Both the position numbers and the translations under genes were made by a program. From Lama guanicoe (lineage: Eukaryota), in the NCBI GenBank assembly GCA_013239625.1, contig MU053881.1:7029957-7093956 (forward strand): 64,000 bases of DNA. The letters run 5' to 3'. Of this stretch, positions 23,671-37,555 are shown piece after piece. Every line of letters starts with the position of its first letter. Positions within the stretch are counted from its first letter, which is position 1. The notes beneath the pieces are model-generated. The model was not told the origin of the DNA. It made no database searches and was given only the letters and a program-made list of their open reading frames with translations.

Positions 23671-26600
23671 CCCAGACCATTGGATTGTGCCAGAAATTTC
23701 ATTATTTTGTTCTCCCAATTCCATGCCTTAGGTTGTCTAACATCCATACAGAGCTTAGGAATCCTTTACTGACCATAGTCAACTGTGAGCTCAAATGTTC
23801 TCACCACCCTTAAGAGGGGCATAAAAAATTAATAGGAAAACATGTTAAAATGAACCCTATGTCCTGGCCACCTGGACAACTCTCTTCTTCCCTCCTGGCA
23901 TATCCACTTGCCCCCTTTGTACTCTCAGGGAAGCCTCTCTGGACTCATCAAAGCTTCGTTGATTTTCCCCTTCTCTGCTCTGATTCCCCGTAGGAGAAAT
24001 TCAATTAATCTTGGTCACTTGATGGATCAACTGATACCAAACCAATGAAAAATTAATTCCCTTATATAAATGCTTATCAAACACTGTGCCAGTGGTTAGA
24101 TTAGTGGGAGATTCTATGCGACACAAATTGCAGCCTGTAGGTCAGGGTGGCTCAGGGACACTGGATTCCACTGGCAGTCGGGAGTCTGGAGCCAGATTTA
24201 GCTTGTGCTCCACCACTTCCTACCTGTGTGACCTTCTTTAGCTGCCCTATCTCTCACGATCTTCATTTCCTTGTCTGCAAAAGATGGGGCTCAGGCTGAG
24301 TTCCCTCCAGGCTAGCCTGAAGATTTATTTTAAACCGAGTAAGTTGGCAATATGACACATCTGCAGGGACAGTGCTGAGTGGTGCCAACATCCTCTGCCC
24401 TTCCAAGCAATAAAACCCAGTCCTCTCCATTTTCCCAGCCCCAGTCCTGGACAAAATGTCTATAAACATTTGTAGCCCCATTCTTTCCCTCCTTCCTTCT
24501 CACCCCTCAGCCACAGGCCCCCAAGGAATTCTGGAGCCGACTCACCTCCCATGCATAGCCTCAGGCTCGGCCAAGCCCAATTTCTTCATCCAGGATCAAT
24601 TGCTTTTTTCCTTCTTACCTTAGAGAATAATAATGAATCACACTGTCAACCTCACAGTCCTTTCTATTTTTCCCTCTGTCTGCCTTTGGATTTCCTCTTT
24701 GGTTGTGTAATTTGGCCTTTACAATATCCTTTCCTTGCTAACTGAAATGAAGGAGTATTGAAGGAGGCATTTGAGGATGTTTGGTCTCCTCTGCCAGGAA
24801 TCTGGTGAGCTCTTGACCCCTTCTCCCTCTCCCCCAACGTCCCTTGTAGCTTCAGTCGCCAAAGTCTACTGCCTTTTTCTCTTGAGACTGTCTCAAGTCC
24901 CTCCTCTCCATCCAGACCCCGCAGCCGCTGCCTGATTCATTGGCCTGACCATCTCTCTCTGTGTCCTGGGGTTCCACTCTTCCTCTGCAACCTGCTCGTC
25001 ACATGGAAGCCACAAGCGGGGTCTTTCTCAGTGCAGGTCCTGTCACATGCCTCTCCCCTCCTGCTTAAATCCTTCTATGGCTCCCCATTATCCAAAGGAT
25101 AAAGTCTTACGTTTCCTTCCATATTGGCGGCTCACAGCTGAATCTGACACAGTTTGTCCAAAAGAGCCATTTCTAAAACTGAATTTGGATGTCTTTAGCA
25201 GGGGTACGTGGTCAGCCAGTCCCAAAGCATCTGAATGTGGGCTCCCACGAGGTGCTTACTCTGGCTCGCCTCTTCAGATGGACATTTGCTATGGTTTTGC
25301 CAGATTGGCATCTCAGCCCCTTTTTATTAGGGAAGAATTCTGTGACAGTCTTGGAATGTCACAGATGCCACCTCTCCCTACACAGGCAAAGTGGAGGTAC
25401 AGGACCTCAGTGGATCATTTGCATGTTGCTTTTGGGCTGTGAGTCTTGAGGAATGGCCCAGGAAAGAACTACTCCTGGAGGATGGGCAAGGTGCCAGCAC
25501 TGTGGTTCTGAGCCCAGTGCCCAGTGGCTGACCGGGACTGCCTTTCCTGCACCTGGTCTTCCTTGGCCCTCAGCTTTCTCCTGAACTAGTTCCCCAGTCT
25601 TACCTTTGATCCATGAACCACTCAAGAGCCTTCCCTGGTGTCATTTTCCACTACTGTTAGGCAGAATGAGTTTCTGTGGCTGCAGATAAGACGCCCAACT
25701 GCTGCCCTGAGTTCACCCACCATGTCCTCTTTGCTCCTTGAACTTGAGGCTCTGGCCCTGCTCTTTCGTGTTGCTACACATTTGCACCTGCTAGTGATGG
25801 TGGGAGAGCAGCCAGTCCTATCGCAGGAAACTTTCATTACATGAGCCAATAAAATTCTTCTGGGTGGATGTTTCTTGTTACTTGCAACCAAGAGTCCTGG
25901 CTGATACAGTCATTAAATAATATATTTCATTAAACTTAGAAAACATTTACTGATCACCTACTATAGATCAGTCTCAAGCAGAACTCAGGGCTGAGCCTCA
26001 CCGGCTAGCCCTGGATGGTTTGCCCACCCTGGAGCTGTTTCCCAAGGAAAAAACCAGGGTGCTGTTACCAGAAGGAGGGGGAGGGGGAATAGGTGCTGAT
26101 CAGATGAGTGTCATCGTCTCAGTAGACACTGGTTATCAACCTTATTATATTATTAATTTTGAAATTAAGGAAAGGTGGCTTTATTAGGAAGTAAGGGACT
26201 CTGGAATAGGAGTGGACAGTTGACAAGCTGTGGACCAGGTTTAGAGGGCCGCTGCCCCAGCTGGGGGGTTAGCGCTAAGATCTCAGTGCTGAAGGGAGGG
26301 CAGGTGCGGCCATTTGCTCGGAAGTTGCAGGCCTTCTTCTCACACCTACACAGATCACCCCACTGCAGAGTCACCATTTTTAATATGATCAAGGAGAGAC
26401 AGACAGAGAACCAGTTCCTAATATACGGTTCCTCATGCTCCTTCCCACTCTCTGTTTATTCCCTGATAGATTGACATCGCTCCCAAGGCTGAAATGCAGC
26501 GTTAAAAATCTTGTCCTTCTTGTCAAGTGGCTTCTATCCAGCTCTCCCATGTCCCTGTGCCTCATCTGTAACACGAGGGAGAGTCTGCACTACACTATTG

Positions 26601-28638
26601 ACCTTGCGAGATGGCTATGAAAATCAAACATGAAATTCAACTTTTGAGTCCACTGAAATGTGTAAGGTCTGGTGGAGACAAACGTCAGCCAAAGTGATTC
26701 CAGAAAGTAAATGGGCTCATGTCTCCACCAGACTTCAACCAATTTAACGGTGTTGCTTGTTTGTAGACCGAAGGGGTACCGTCTCCTTCGTTGTCTGGCA
26801 CATCCTGCAGCCAGAGACTCAGGTGGAATGCGTCAGAGGCTTTGGTGACTGAGTTGGAGCTGGAATTTTGCATAAGAAGGATTTACTGAAACCAGACCAG
26901 GTGTCATTGCCATCCTACTGGAAACCAGGCTATCAACACCTGTATTTTGGGAAAAACAACCGCAAGTAGGAGCACTGCTGGGCACACTTTCATTGGTGGA
27001 TATGTTCAGGAGGGCTGCAGACTGACTGCTCCTGGGGTGGGTGTTAAGCTCTTTTCTCACCCTTCAGAGAGCCCTGAACTCACTCGCTTCCATCTCTCCC
27101 TCCAGGCAAATTCTTGCCCCCACCACTCTCCCCTGTAGACGTGAGACGTGCTAAGACCCACGCTGTTGCCAAAGCCTGTGAGGTCCTATTAGTGTCTTGT
27201 CCTTTACCCTCTTGACCCCCCCGTCGTTTGGTCATTCATCAAACATGCCGAGGGCTCATTCTCTGTCTAGGGTATTTGCACTTTGCTGATCCCACTGCCT
27301 TGTTGGAATGGCCTTCTTTCAGATCTTTGCAGGGCTGGCTCCTTTCATATCTCCAAGTCTCTGCTTAAATGCCATCTCTTTAGAGAGCCTTCTTGGACCT
27401 CCCGATCTTAAACAGTGTCCCTACTCACTGCCCAGCCCTGACTCTGCTAAGGTTTAGCTCACAGCAATGATCATTACCTGGCATGCTATCAAATGTCCGT
27501 GTAATTCTATAGCCTGCTTATGTGTTACCAGCTGTTTCTCCCAGGAGAAGGTAAGCTCCATTAGGGTAGGGTCTTTGTTCACTGCTGTGTCTCCTACACC
27601 TAGATCAGCACTTGGCACACACTAGGTGCTAAAGAAAATCTTGGTGGATGAATTAAATTCCTAAAGCTAGAGGGAATCCCTTCCCCCACTTCCATCAGCT
27701 ACCCGACCCTTCCATTTCACAAGATGCAAGAGGGCACCATTTGCATTGTGTCCTGTGTGAGTGGCGCCCCCTGGAGCCCATGCAGCTCCGTGGGATTCCA
27801 TGCGGCCCCTGCTTCCTGGAGTTGCCCAGCTGAGCATCCTCTGACATGCACAGCCCCTGACATCAGGTGGCTCTGGGTTTGGATTCTGGCTCCACCACTA
27901 ACTGCCTGTGTAAATGTGGGCGTGTCTTTCCCCTCCCTGTGTCTCAGCTACGGAATGGGTTTGGTGATGAGACCTGGGGGTAGGGTTGCTGTAAGGATTT
28001 CATAAGATAATATTCAAAGTGCTCAAATACAAAAATGAAACCATATATCCGTGCCTGGTAGGAGTATAAGTTAGATGCTGAGAGGTATATGTAGAAGCAG
28101 CAGGAGCTGAATTAGATAATAAGTGGTAATCATTTTCATTACTCACCCCAGTCAGTGGGTCACAAACTCAAAGGCGTCCAGAGCTCTGTGGGCCACTTAA
28201 ATGAGTGCAGCAGGCAGAGTGGCCACTGAGGGCAGTGCTCTAAGGGCGATCTTGACTGAGCGTTGTCAGAGCTTCCTGCTTTTCAGAGAAGCCTGAGTCT
28301 TCCTACTTGCCTGAAATCTCCCAGGTTTTAAATATTGGCAACTAATTCACGCAGTGTTCTGGAACCAGCCTCCGCTAGGGTTCTAACCAGCTTTGTCTCT
28401 TCCTGGTGTATATTCCAAAAGTCTCTTTTAATTTTAACCAACCTCGCTGAGGTATAATTTACTGCAGTAAAATGCTTCTATTTTAAGCACGCAGATCCAG
28501 GAGTTTTGACAAATGGATGCACTCAGGTAATCACCACAATGATCAAGGTATAGAATATTTCGATCATCCCAGAAAGTTCCCTGGGGTCCCTTCCCAGTCC
28601 ATCTTCACCTCTGTCCCCACCCCAGCCCTGGACAGCCT

Positions 28639-29068
28639 CAGCCCTCCCTTGTTTTATTGCACTTCATTTTATTGCACTTTGCAGAGATTTTTACAAATTG
28701 AAGGTTTGTGGCAATCTTGTGTCGAGCAAATCTTTCGGCGCCATTTTTCCAGCAGCATTTGCTCACTTCATGTCTCTGTGTCACATTATGGTAATTCTCA
28801 GAATATTTCAAGCCTTCCACCAGCAAAAAGATTACAACTCACTGAAGGCTCAGTTAGCATTTTTTTTAAGCAATGAAGTAGTTTTAAATTAAGGTGTAAA
28901 CATTGCTTTTTTTAGGCATAATGCTATTGCACACATAATAGAGTAGAGTATAATGTAAACTCTTACATGCACTGGGAAACCAAAACATTTGTGTGACTTG
29001 CTTTATAGCTATTTCTGCTTTACTGTGGAGTCTGGAACCAAACCCACAATATCTTCGAGGTCTGCCTG
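28639..29068. mobile_element. Internally deleted Tigger1 (TcMar-Tigger), ~430 bp
   Basis: Both Tigger1 ends are present: gttttattgcacttc..tttacaaattgaaggtttgtggcaa at one end and gtctggaacc..caatatcttcgaggtctgcctg-TA at the other. Confidence 0.8.
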
Positions 29069-29099
29069 TATTGATTCTGTCAGTACAGATTGACTATTC

Positions 29100-31690
29100 C
29101 AGAATTGTGGATAAGTACTTACTCTTTGCATCTGGTTTCTTTCACATAGCATCGTGTTCTTAAAACCCTTTTAAATTCTGTGAGACTTGTTTTATGGCCC
29201 AGCATAGAGTGAACACACCACATGCCCTTAAAAATACTACGTATACGGCACTGTCGGATGTCGTGTTCTAGAAAGAACAGTTAGGTCAGGGTGGCTGGCT
29301 GCTGGTGGTGTTCGGATCTTCTGTGTCTTTACCGATTGTTTTGACCATCGATTCTACCACTTGCTTCACGTAGTTAAAGTTCTTCCGTTTATGAATATTT
29401 GTTTACCTGATGAGGCGACCACTTCATCACTTTAAAAGTCCGCGTTGTTTTCTGCTGGTCTTCAGGTCTCTTTCATCTAATGTTGGTACGGCAGCCCTTG
29501 CTTCTTGTGTTTGCTGTTTGCACCCAGTGACTTTCAACCCACCTGTGTCCTATCTGTTTCAAGCACGTCTCCTGAAGACAGCATATGGTTCAGCTTTCCT
29601 CTTCTACTCACCCCCCAAATCTCTGCCATTTAATTGTAGTGTTCAGTTCATTAACATTTAAGGTAGTTAGCGGGGGAGGGTATAGCTCAAGTGATAGAGC
29701 GAATGCTTAGCACGCATGACGTCCTGGGTTCGATCCCTGGCACCTCCTCTAAAAATAAGTAAACTTAATTCCCCCTCCCCCGCCAAAAAAATAAATAAAA
29801 CAACACAATAATAAATAAATAAATAAATTTAAAAGACTTATTAAAAAAACTTTAAAAACCCAATCAATGTAGCTAATGACGTGGTTGGATTTTGAGCTGC
29901 TATTTTATCATTTCTCTTCTGTTTGTTCCTGATAAGTTTTTCAGTTGTTTTGCAGTTTCTTTATTTCTTGTTCTGCCTTTTAAAGAATTATTTGAATACC
30001 TTTAAAGTTCCGTTTCAGTTTATCCATTGCTTTTTTAGTTCCACTTCTTTGCATTGTTTTGCATTGTTTGCTCTAGAGATTATAATGACTTGACTTTTCT
30101 ATTAACCATATATTTAGAGCTAGTTTGTACCACTTTACAAAATACGTAGAAATAACCTTGCAATCATATACCTCCATTTACCACAAGCCCTATCCTTTAT
30201 AGTAAAGTTGCTATTTGAAAATCTACATACAGCTATATACATTATAGACTCTATAAGACAATGTTCTAGTTTTTTTTTCAAACAGGCTTGTGTATCTTAA
30301 AGAAATTAAGAAGAAAAAATAGACTTTAATAATATTTACCCAGATTTTTTACCATTTCTGATGCTCCTCTTTCCTTCTGAAAGATTTGGGTTTCCATATA
30401 CTATAGTTTATTTTCCATCTGAGCAAATTCCTTTAGTTCAGGTCTGCAGGTGATAAATTCTCTTAGTTTCCTTTTATTCAAAAATTCTTTATTTTAACAT
30501 TCAGTCTTTGTTTGAAAATAACTTTATTGAGCTATAATTTGCATATAGTATGATTCAACCACTTAAAATGTTCAATTCAATTTTTTTTTACTATATTCAG
30601 AGATCTGTACAACCATCACTGCAGTCAATTTTAGAACAATTTCATTGCCTCAAAAAGAAACCTTATACCCTTTAGCTGTCACCTCTGTACCACCCCATCC
30701 CTCCCCAGTCCTAAGCAACCACTAATCTACTTTTTGTCTCTATAGATTTCCTTATGCTAAGCTTTCATACGAACAGAAATATGTAATAGGTGGATTTTTG
30801 TGACTAGCTTCTTTTACTTAACATAATGTTTTAAAAACTCATCCAAATTGTATCTTGTATCATCACTTCATTCCTTTTTATGGCTGAAGAAATCACCATA
30901 TGTATACACCACATTTTGTTTATCTATTTGCCCACGGGTGGACATTTGGGTTGCTTCCACTATGAAACAATTTTGACTATTATAAACAATGTTGTTATAA
31001 ACACGTGTACACGAGTTTTTGTGTGAACGTATACATTTTAAAATTTCTCTTAGTTATATACCTAGGAGTGGAATTGCTGATTCTTACTATACCTCAGCGT
31101 TTAATTATCTGAGGAACTACCAGACTGTCTTCCGAAGCAACTGCACCACCGTTTTACATTCCCATCAGCAGTATATGCAGGTTCTTATTTCTCCACATCC
31201 TCACCAAAACTTGTCATTATCTGACTTTTGGATTCTAGCCACCCTAACGGGGGTGAAGAGATATCTCCCTGTGGTTGTGATTTGCATTTCCCGATGGCCA
31301 GCATCTCAAGCATCCTTTCACGTGCTTATTGATCATTTGTTTATCTTCCTTGGAGAAAAGTCTATTCAGAATCCTTTGCCCTTTTGAAAATTGGGTTGTT
31401 TGTCTCTTTATTGTTGGGTTGTAAGAGTTCTTTATATATTCCAGATAAAATGACTTCATCAGCTAGATGACTTGCAAATACTTTCATTCTGTGGGTTGTC
31501 TTTGCACTTTCTTGTTAATGTCCTTGGAGTCACACAAGTTTTCTATTTTGATAATGTCTTATTTATCTACCTTTTCCTCTGTTGCTTGTTCTTTTGGTGT
31601 CATATGTAAGAATCCTTCGCCAAATCCAAGACCATGAAGGTTTATCCCAATGCCTTCTTTTAAGAATTTTCTGTTTTTAGCTCTTTGTAC
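29100..31690 (-). mobile_element. Cluster of old L1 fragments (3' UTR and ORF2 end), antisense
   Basis: AT-rich, with cctaggagtggaattgctg, cattcccatcagcagtatatg, tttgcatttccc, tctttatatattccagata and ttttggtgtcatatgtaagaa. All ORFs broken. Confidence 0.8.
29672..29860 (+). mobile_element. tRNA-Ala-derived camelid SINE (Vic-1 type)
   Basis: gggggagggtatagctcaagtgatagagcgaatgcttagcacgcatgacgtcctgggttcgatccctggcacctcc plus the same tail motif and an (AAAT)n tail. Inserted in an old L1. Confidence 0.85.
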
Positions 31691-32989
31691 TGTAAGTGCC
31701 TGACAGTCAGCTTTTTTGATTATCATATAAGTGCCTGACATTACGCTTTTGCTTGACAAGGCATCCATTCCAAAGACATCCATAAATCAACATAGAATAG
31801 GACCCCTCCTCATCTACCTCTCTGAGTTCTTTTGGGCATGAAAATATGATCACGGATGCAAAACATGTGGTCAAAGTGGAAGGGAGCTTGGGGTTCACTT
31901 TGTCCTGTCCTTCCTTTTTCCAGATGAGAAAATGGAGGTCTGTAAGGGCCTGGACCATGTGAAGTAGGGCTCAGGCCAGAACTTGAACTTCGGATATCTC
32001 CCAGTCCAGTACTCTCTCCAGGCCTGGAGAAAGGGAGATGAGGACTCTTTATAGCAGTAGAAGAAAGAGTCATCTGTGTTCAGACTGCCCCTGTCTTTGA
32101 CGGTGCTAACTTCTTGTGGATTTCACAGTCTCGGTTGTAAAGGCGGCTGGTTATGGTCTCTTCCCACAGCTATCCTGAGGTTAGCCTCCCCCTCCATCCC
32201 TCTGCTCCAGGTGTCTCACAGCAGGGCCATTGCTCCTACTTGTCCCAGGTCCAGGAGAGCAGCTTGTGTCCCTTCCACACCAAACCCCAGAAGGAAGTGC
32301 CCTCCCTCCCCAGCCCTCATCATCCCAGCAAAACTCCCTGCCTAAAGCATGGCCATCTGGTGTCTGTGGCACTGTTTATTCCACCACAGTTTCCTTCCAA
32401 ATGACTGGTGTACACTAAATAAACAGCCTCTTTCATTCCCTTCTCCCCGGCGGTGAGCCGGATTGAGAGAACCATCAGGACAGGGCCCGGCTCGGGCAGA
32501 GGATCTGGTCACAGAACCTGGCAGGATGGGAGGACCTCCATCAGGTGTGTCTGGGTGTCATTAATGAGTAGTAGGAGATTTCATTCATTCATTCATTCAA
32601 CACTCATCAAGCACATTCACCATAACCAGGGACTGTGCTGTGAGCCAAGAAAGCTGTAAGACCTGGCTCCTGCCCTCAGCGCTCACAGTCTATAGGAAGC
32701 CAGACAAGCGGGGAGAAAACCACAGCACACGGGTGAAGGTCTCGTGTTGCAGGAACACACAGGGTGGTTACCTCCTGATCAGGAATGGCCTCGCGGAGCA
32801 AGTGGCTCCTTAGATAAGAATTAGAGGTAGGGCGTCGGAAGTGGGGGAGGTTGGCAAAGAAGAAAGGAGACCCTGGCACAGACAACAGCCTCTGGAAAAG
32901 CACAGAGATGAGAATGACGAGAGCAGGAAAGTGAGGCCACAGGGTTTTAGGGGCAGGGAGCTTGGGGCGGGAGCTTACTGGTGTTTACA

Positions 32990-33406
32990 CCGGCTCTGAG
33001 AAGGAGCCTGCTCGTACTGGCTCACAGGACCTGACTGCCAAGTTTTCAGGAGTTTTATGAACCAGCTGTTAAACATGGCTGTTATGAAAAATTAAATAAA
33101 CTTGCCATGAGATAGTTTATAGTTAAAGGTAATAAATACCCAAAACTCATCACTTCCCAGTATTTTACACATTTACTTTTGCACGTGCTCTTATTTACAT
33201 TGGTCTGTGTGGGGGAAACAATATTTGGTGCCATGCTATTGAACACTTCTCCCCAACGCGGCCTTCAGTTACAGCACATGGGTTGCTCAAAATCAGCCGT
33301 ATAGGGAGGTTTTGCACCATGGAAATAGGCAGACACTACAGACAAATCTGGGCCCTTCCCTTTTTTCCAGATAGTCTGTCGTTGAACATGTACCAGCATA
33401 CAACTG
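32990..33406 (-). mobile_element. MER63-like hAT-Blackjack element
   Basis: Terminus gttgaacatgtaccagcatacaactg is the reverse complement of cagt.g.tgctggta.atgtt.aac, with internal actcatcacttcc..tattttac. Confidence 0.55.
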
Positions 33407-36400
33407 AGTTGAATGAACATACATAAAATGCAGAAGTCACAAGTGAAATCTCAATATGTTTTCCTAAAGTAAACATATCTGCGTGTCCCCCACGCGGATA
33501 AAACAGTAGATGATTACCAGCCCCCGAGAAGCCCCCTCACTCCGTCACTAGCATCCCCCACACCCTGTGCACGCAAGGGTGCTCACTATCCTGACCGCTT
33601 GGTGCAGAGCAGGGCCCGGTGAACGTGCCTGCTGCTCTGCAGTGCCCGCCCCTTCTCTCTCCTTGAGTTCTCCTCCCTTTCCAGTCCCGTGCCCTTATCT
33701 CTCCGACAGCTCCATCAGGAGCGCTAAGGATCACCTCTGCCACTCCACGTTTCATAAAACCCCTACCGGCTTGGCCGTAGCATCTCAGGAAACCTGAACA
33801 TTTATTTCTCTGACGCTCAAGTTCTGGATAAGATGCTGGCCTCACACTGATTCTCCTTTCTTTTGATTCGGTTCTAACGGTGGACACCTAAGGGCCATGC
33901 CTGGGTTAAGGGAACCATTCCTCCCCAGTAGCAGCAGGAGCTCAGCTTGGGTCAGGGGTCACCCCAGGACCAATCACCGCAGCTGGGGGCGGGGTCACGG
34001 AACTGCAGGGGTGGGCTCTTGGCACCGCCCCCCCCCACCCCCCACCCGTCACTGGAGGAGCCGGTTTCTAGCGATGGAAGGCAGCCCTGACCACATGTTC
34101 ACTATTCATAAAGATAAGCACAATGACAAAAAAAAAAAAAATCACCTAGAAGTCCCGCGTCCACCAGATGATGACTGTTAATATTTTGCATGTAGTATTT
34201 CTTGACTTTTCCCCTTGCCATTTTTTATCTATTAAAATAAATGGGATTACAATATAGCCATGTACTATGCATATACATTCTGCTTTGAGGCATAATTCCT
34301 ACCCTCCTCTTCATGCATGTAATTTGGAAATTTAGACACTCTAATTGAGGGTCTATAGGGGATGGAAGGTAGGTGATTGAGGGTGGGTATGTAAACCAGC
34401 GGTTTGGGGACTGCTTTGCATTAGCTCATTTTCACAGTCCTTTGGCTCCACACTCACCTCCTCCATGCAGCCTTCCTGGGCTTTCCAACAGGCAGGAAGT
34501 CCTCTTCTCAGACCTTTTATTGGCGTTGGAGGAGGTGTCTCCAATTGTAGGAGGCTAATAAGCGCTAAGTTCATCCGCAGTAACATCCACAGAACTGAAC
34601 GCTTGGGGGAGGATCAGTCCTCTTGCATCCATCCCCTCCTCTCTCCCTCCTCTTCTCACCTCTCTTCCTCTCTCCAGCTCCCATGTCTTCTCAGAGGAAG
34701 AGAACCAAAAGAGAGCAAGGAGCAGCCCTCAGAAGCTGACCAGGGAAACCCCTTTCTTGACTCTGGCCCCGCCCTCCAGCAGTGCACATGCGCACCCCAC
34801 CTCCCGGGGGCTCCTGGCACTGCAACCGGAAACATCACAGCCACAGACTAGACTTGGCACAGACTTTGTGTTGTCAGAGCCCTGCAGGCACTGCTTTGAG
34901 TGCTGTACGCATTAAATTCTGGGCTGAGGGAGGATGGGGACTGAATGTTATGAGCCTTGGTTCTAAATTACCACCTCCCTCCATGGGGGCGAGGCTGGTG
35001 CCTGGGCGCCTTCACCCCCCTGCCTTGTCCGGACTGCGTGCACGGCAGACCTGCTATGGGGAAGGAGTGAGGCTCCAAGAGCAGACACCGGGATGATCAC
35101 TGGGGAGGGTGAGATTGCAGGGTCTGTTAGGGCAAATTTGGTGGCAGTGGATTTCAGCTGCATTTCAACTCTGCCTCTGACTCCATCTCACTGGAGATAT
35201 CTGTGGTGTCCCTTCCTCTCCCAGCCTCAAGTTTCCATTCTGTGCAGCAAGGAGTCAGCCTAGTCCAAGTTTTCTCAGGCTTTTTATGGGTCTAAGACTA
35301 AATCCCCTTCCTTTACCTCTTCAGCCACCACTGCATCTGCCTCTACTGCCTGGAGAAGTCTGGCTCTCTGGGGAAGGGGATTCCCCTGGAAACCATCTGA
35401 GGAGCTTCTAAGGAGGCTGGCTTTTTCTCTGCTCACTTTTCGTAATTTTGCTCTCTTGTGGTGAGTCCGGGGCCCCTCAGAGCTGGGTGCAGTTTCAGGA
35501 TAAGAGTTTCAGCCATGGCATCCGTGGATTTGCATTTGAACCCTGGCTGTGTGCCCTTGATCACGTTACAGAATCTGCCCCAGGCCTGTTTTCTCACCAA
35601 TACAGTGGAGATAATGGTATTGACTGCATTGCATTACGTGGAGCATTAAACGCAATAAAGCAGGTGAAGTCCTAACACAGAGCCTGGCACGTGGTAAACC
35701 TGCAGTGAATGCCGGCGTAGCCAGCATCGTCATCATCGCTATTTGCCACCTCCTGTCTTACTCCAGGGAAGGAGCCCTCCAGAGTCTGAGTGGGCAGCTT
35801 GGTCTGCCCAGTGCACACCAAGGGGTCCCTGGCTTGAGGCCTCGGGGTGCGTGTCCGAGGAAGACACTCCACCCAGAAGACCTCCAGCTTCTGTGCACAA
35901 ATCCTCCAGCAGGCTTTGTGCCAGGCACCCCAGTGCCTGGCCAGTGTCCACACTTGTGGGCTGTTGGGAGGATAAACAGGCTCCCACCTGCACAGCACTT
36001 GGCCCAGTGCCTGCCCACAGTCCTCAATGAACTGTAGCCAACAGGACTGCTGTCATCCCCACTGGGATCAGCCACCTCTGAGGCCACATGACAGTGTGAT
36101 GAGGTGCAGTCAGAAGATGTGGGCGGGGCAGGCTGGGGACTTCAGGGAATTTGTTCAACCACTCTGACCCTCGGTCTTCTTGTCTGTGTAGTACCACTCC
36201 CTGCACAGGGTTGTTCGGGGAATGAAATGATCTTAACACAGGAATGAGGATTGCATGAGCTGTAATCCTGGTCCGTATTTCGTGTCCCACAAGCTCCACT
36301 CTTTTCGCTGGGGGCCTTTGTCCTGTCCCCATGGCAGTGTGGAGAAGGGAAAGAGCCTGATAGACATTCTTTCTCTGCCTCCTGTCCCCAGAGCCTTCAG

Positions 36401-36459
36401 CTCCAGGATGCACTTGGCCCCACATTGAGTTGACCAGCAGCCAAGACGCAGGAAAACTC

Positions 36460-36500
36460 ACAAGGAAGGGACACACATGGCTTTTTTTTTTTTTAATTAA
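36460..36500 (-). terminator. FOXI1: Probable FOXI1 polyadenylation signal (ATTAAA), giving a ~1.1 kb 3' UTR
   Basis: tttaat on + at 36492-36497 reads ATTAAA on the minus strand. It is preceded by a U-rich tract and followed by GU/U-rich sequence (tgtgtgtcccttccttgtg). Confidence 0.55.
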
Positions 36501-37111
36501 AAAGAACATAAGAAAACAAAAAACACTTCCCCACACGTGCTGTGATGAAACATCACAGGCATGTAAAGTACATACAAAAACAAGAGATGGATCCCAGGAG
36601 CTGCACACATCGACCCCAGTACGGAGGTCTGCAGCCCCTCCTGGGCTATGAAAAAGGAAACACTTATTCAATCTTGTTTCTCTCGGAAGACTCAGCCACC
36701 TCCAGCTCACTGGTCCGCGACGTGCACACAGGAAGCTGGGCTTTACAAGACTTTGCCAGTGGGCAGTGCCTTGATGGGGGTGGTTTGGGGTGGACACCGC
36801 TCCTGCTCATGGTCTGCAGGGCTGGGGAAATGACACACCTCTTTGGGGAGAGGCTGGACACTGTCCCGCAGGGGCGCGGATCTGGGCGTCCCTCCTTGAG
36901 TAGTAGTAAAAGGAGTGACACCAGGGAAGCTGGGGGCCACAGAATAAGGACTTGGATCAAGAGGAGACATGCCGAGGGCTGGTACTAACTGGGGATGGAT
37001 GGCTGGCAGGCAGTGGGGAGATTTGGACGTGTTTGCCATAATCCGCTTTTCTCACTGACTTTCCTTGGCTGCTTAACCAAGTCCTCCACCCCTGCCTCCA
37101 CTGGCCCAAAC

Positions 37112-37328
37112 TTTGGGAGTCACAGAGACCTGGACTTGACTCCCACCTCTGCCACTTCCTAGTTTGTATGACCCTGGGAAAGCTGCTTAACTTCCTCAAG
37201 CCTCAGTTTTCTCACCTTTTAAGTGGGGAGTTCATATGACCCTCACAAGGGGGCTGTAAGTAGTAAATGTGATCACACCTTCAAAGAGCTTAGCACAGCA
37301 CCCAGCACATAGTAAATGCTCAATAATC
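37112..37328 (+). mobile_element. MIR in the FOXI1 3' UTR (antisense to the mRNA)
   Basis: ctctgccacttcctagtttgtatgaccctggga..gcctcagttttctcac..gcacatagtaaatgctcaataa matches the MIR core and tail. Many other MIRs occur across the window (e.g. ~840-1000, 16000-16310, 42380-42590, 45750-45930, 62950-63100). Confidence 0.75.
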
Positions 37329-37555
37329 GGTCAATATGATTACTGTCTTGCAGGCACCAGTATTTCCACAGCAGAGTTGGTTGGGGTGTGTGGATGGATA
37401 TGTGATAAACACAGGGTTTACACCATGGTCTAGAAAAAGGGTGAATTTCTCTGACCCTCCTGTGTCTGTCTGGGCATTTTGGAGGTCTTGGACCCCATGG
37501 ATGCTGGCATGGGGGACCCTGGGCGTGTCCACCTGGCTTGGGAGCTGTTCCACTC

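Noticed and set aside
29672..29747. Functional tRNA-Ala genes (here and at 20238-20314, 56845-56920)
   Set aside because: Each has an extended 5' G-run, substitutions relative to tRNA-Ala, a shared SINE tail and TSDs, and no oligo-T terminator right after the tRNA-like part. They are SINEs.
1..36000. Hidden protein-coding gene or processed pseudogene in the region 3' of FOXI1
   Set aside because: No ORF resembles a protein family I recognise and I found no consistent exon chain. A lncRNA cannot be excluded without expression data.
36024..36797. 257-aa minus-strand ORF downstream of FOXI1
   Set aside because: Spans the 3' UTR, the poly(A) region and MIR-like sequence. No homology or coding-like composition.
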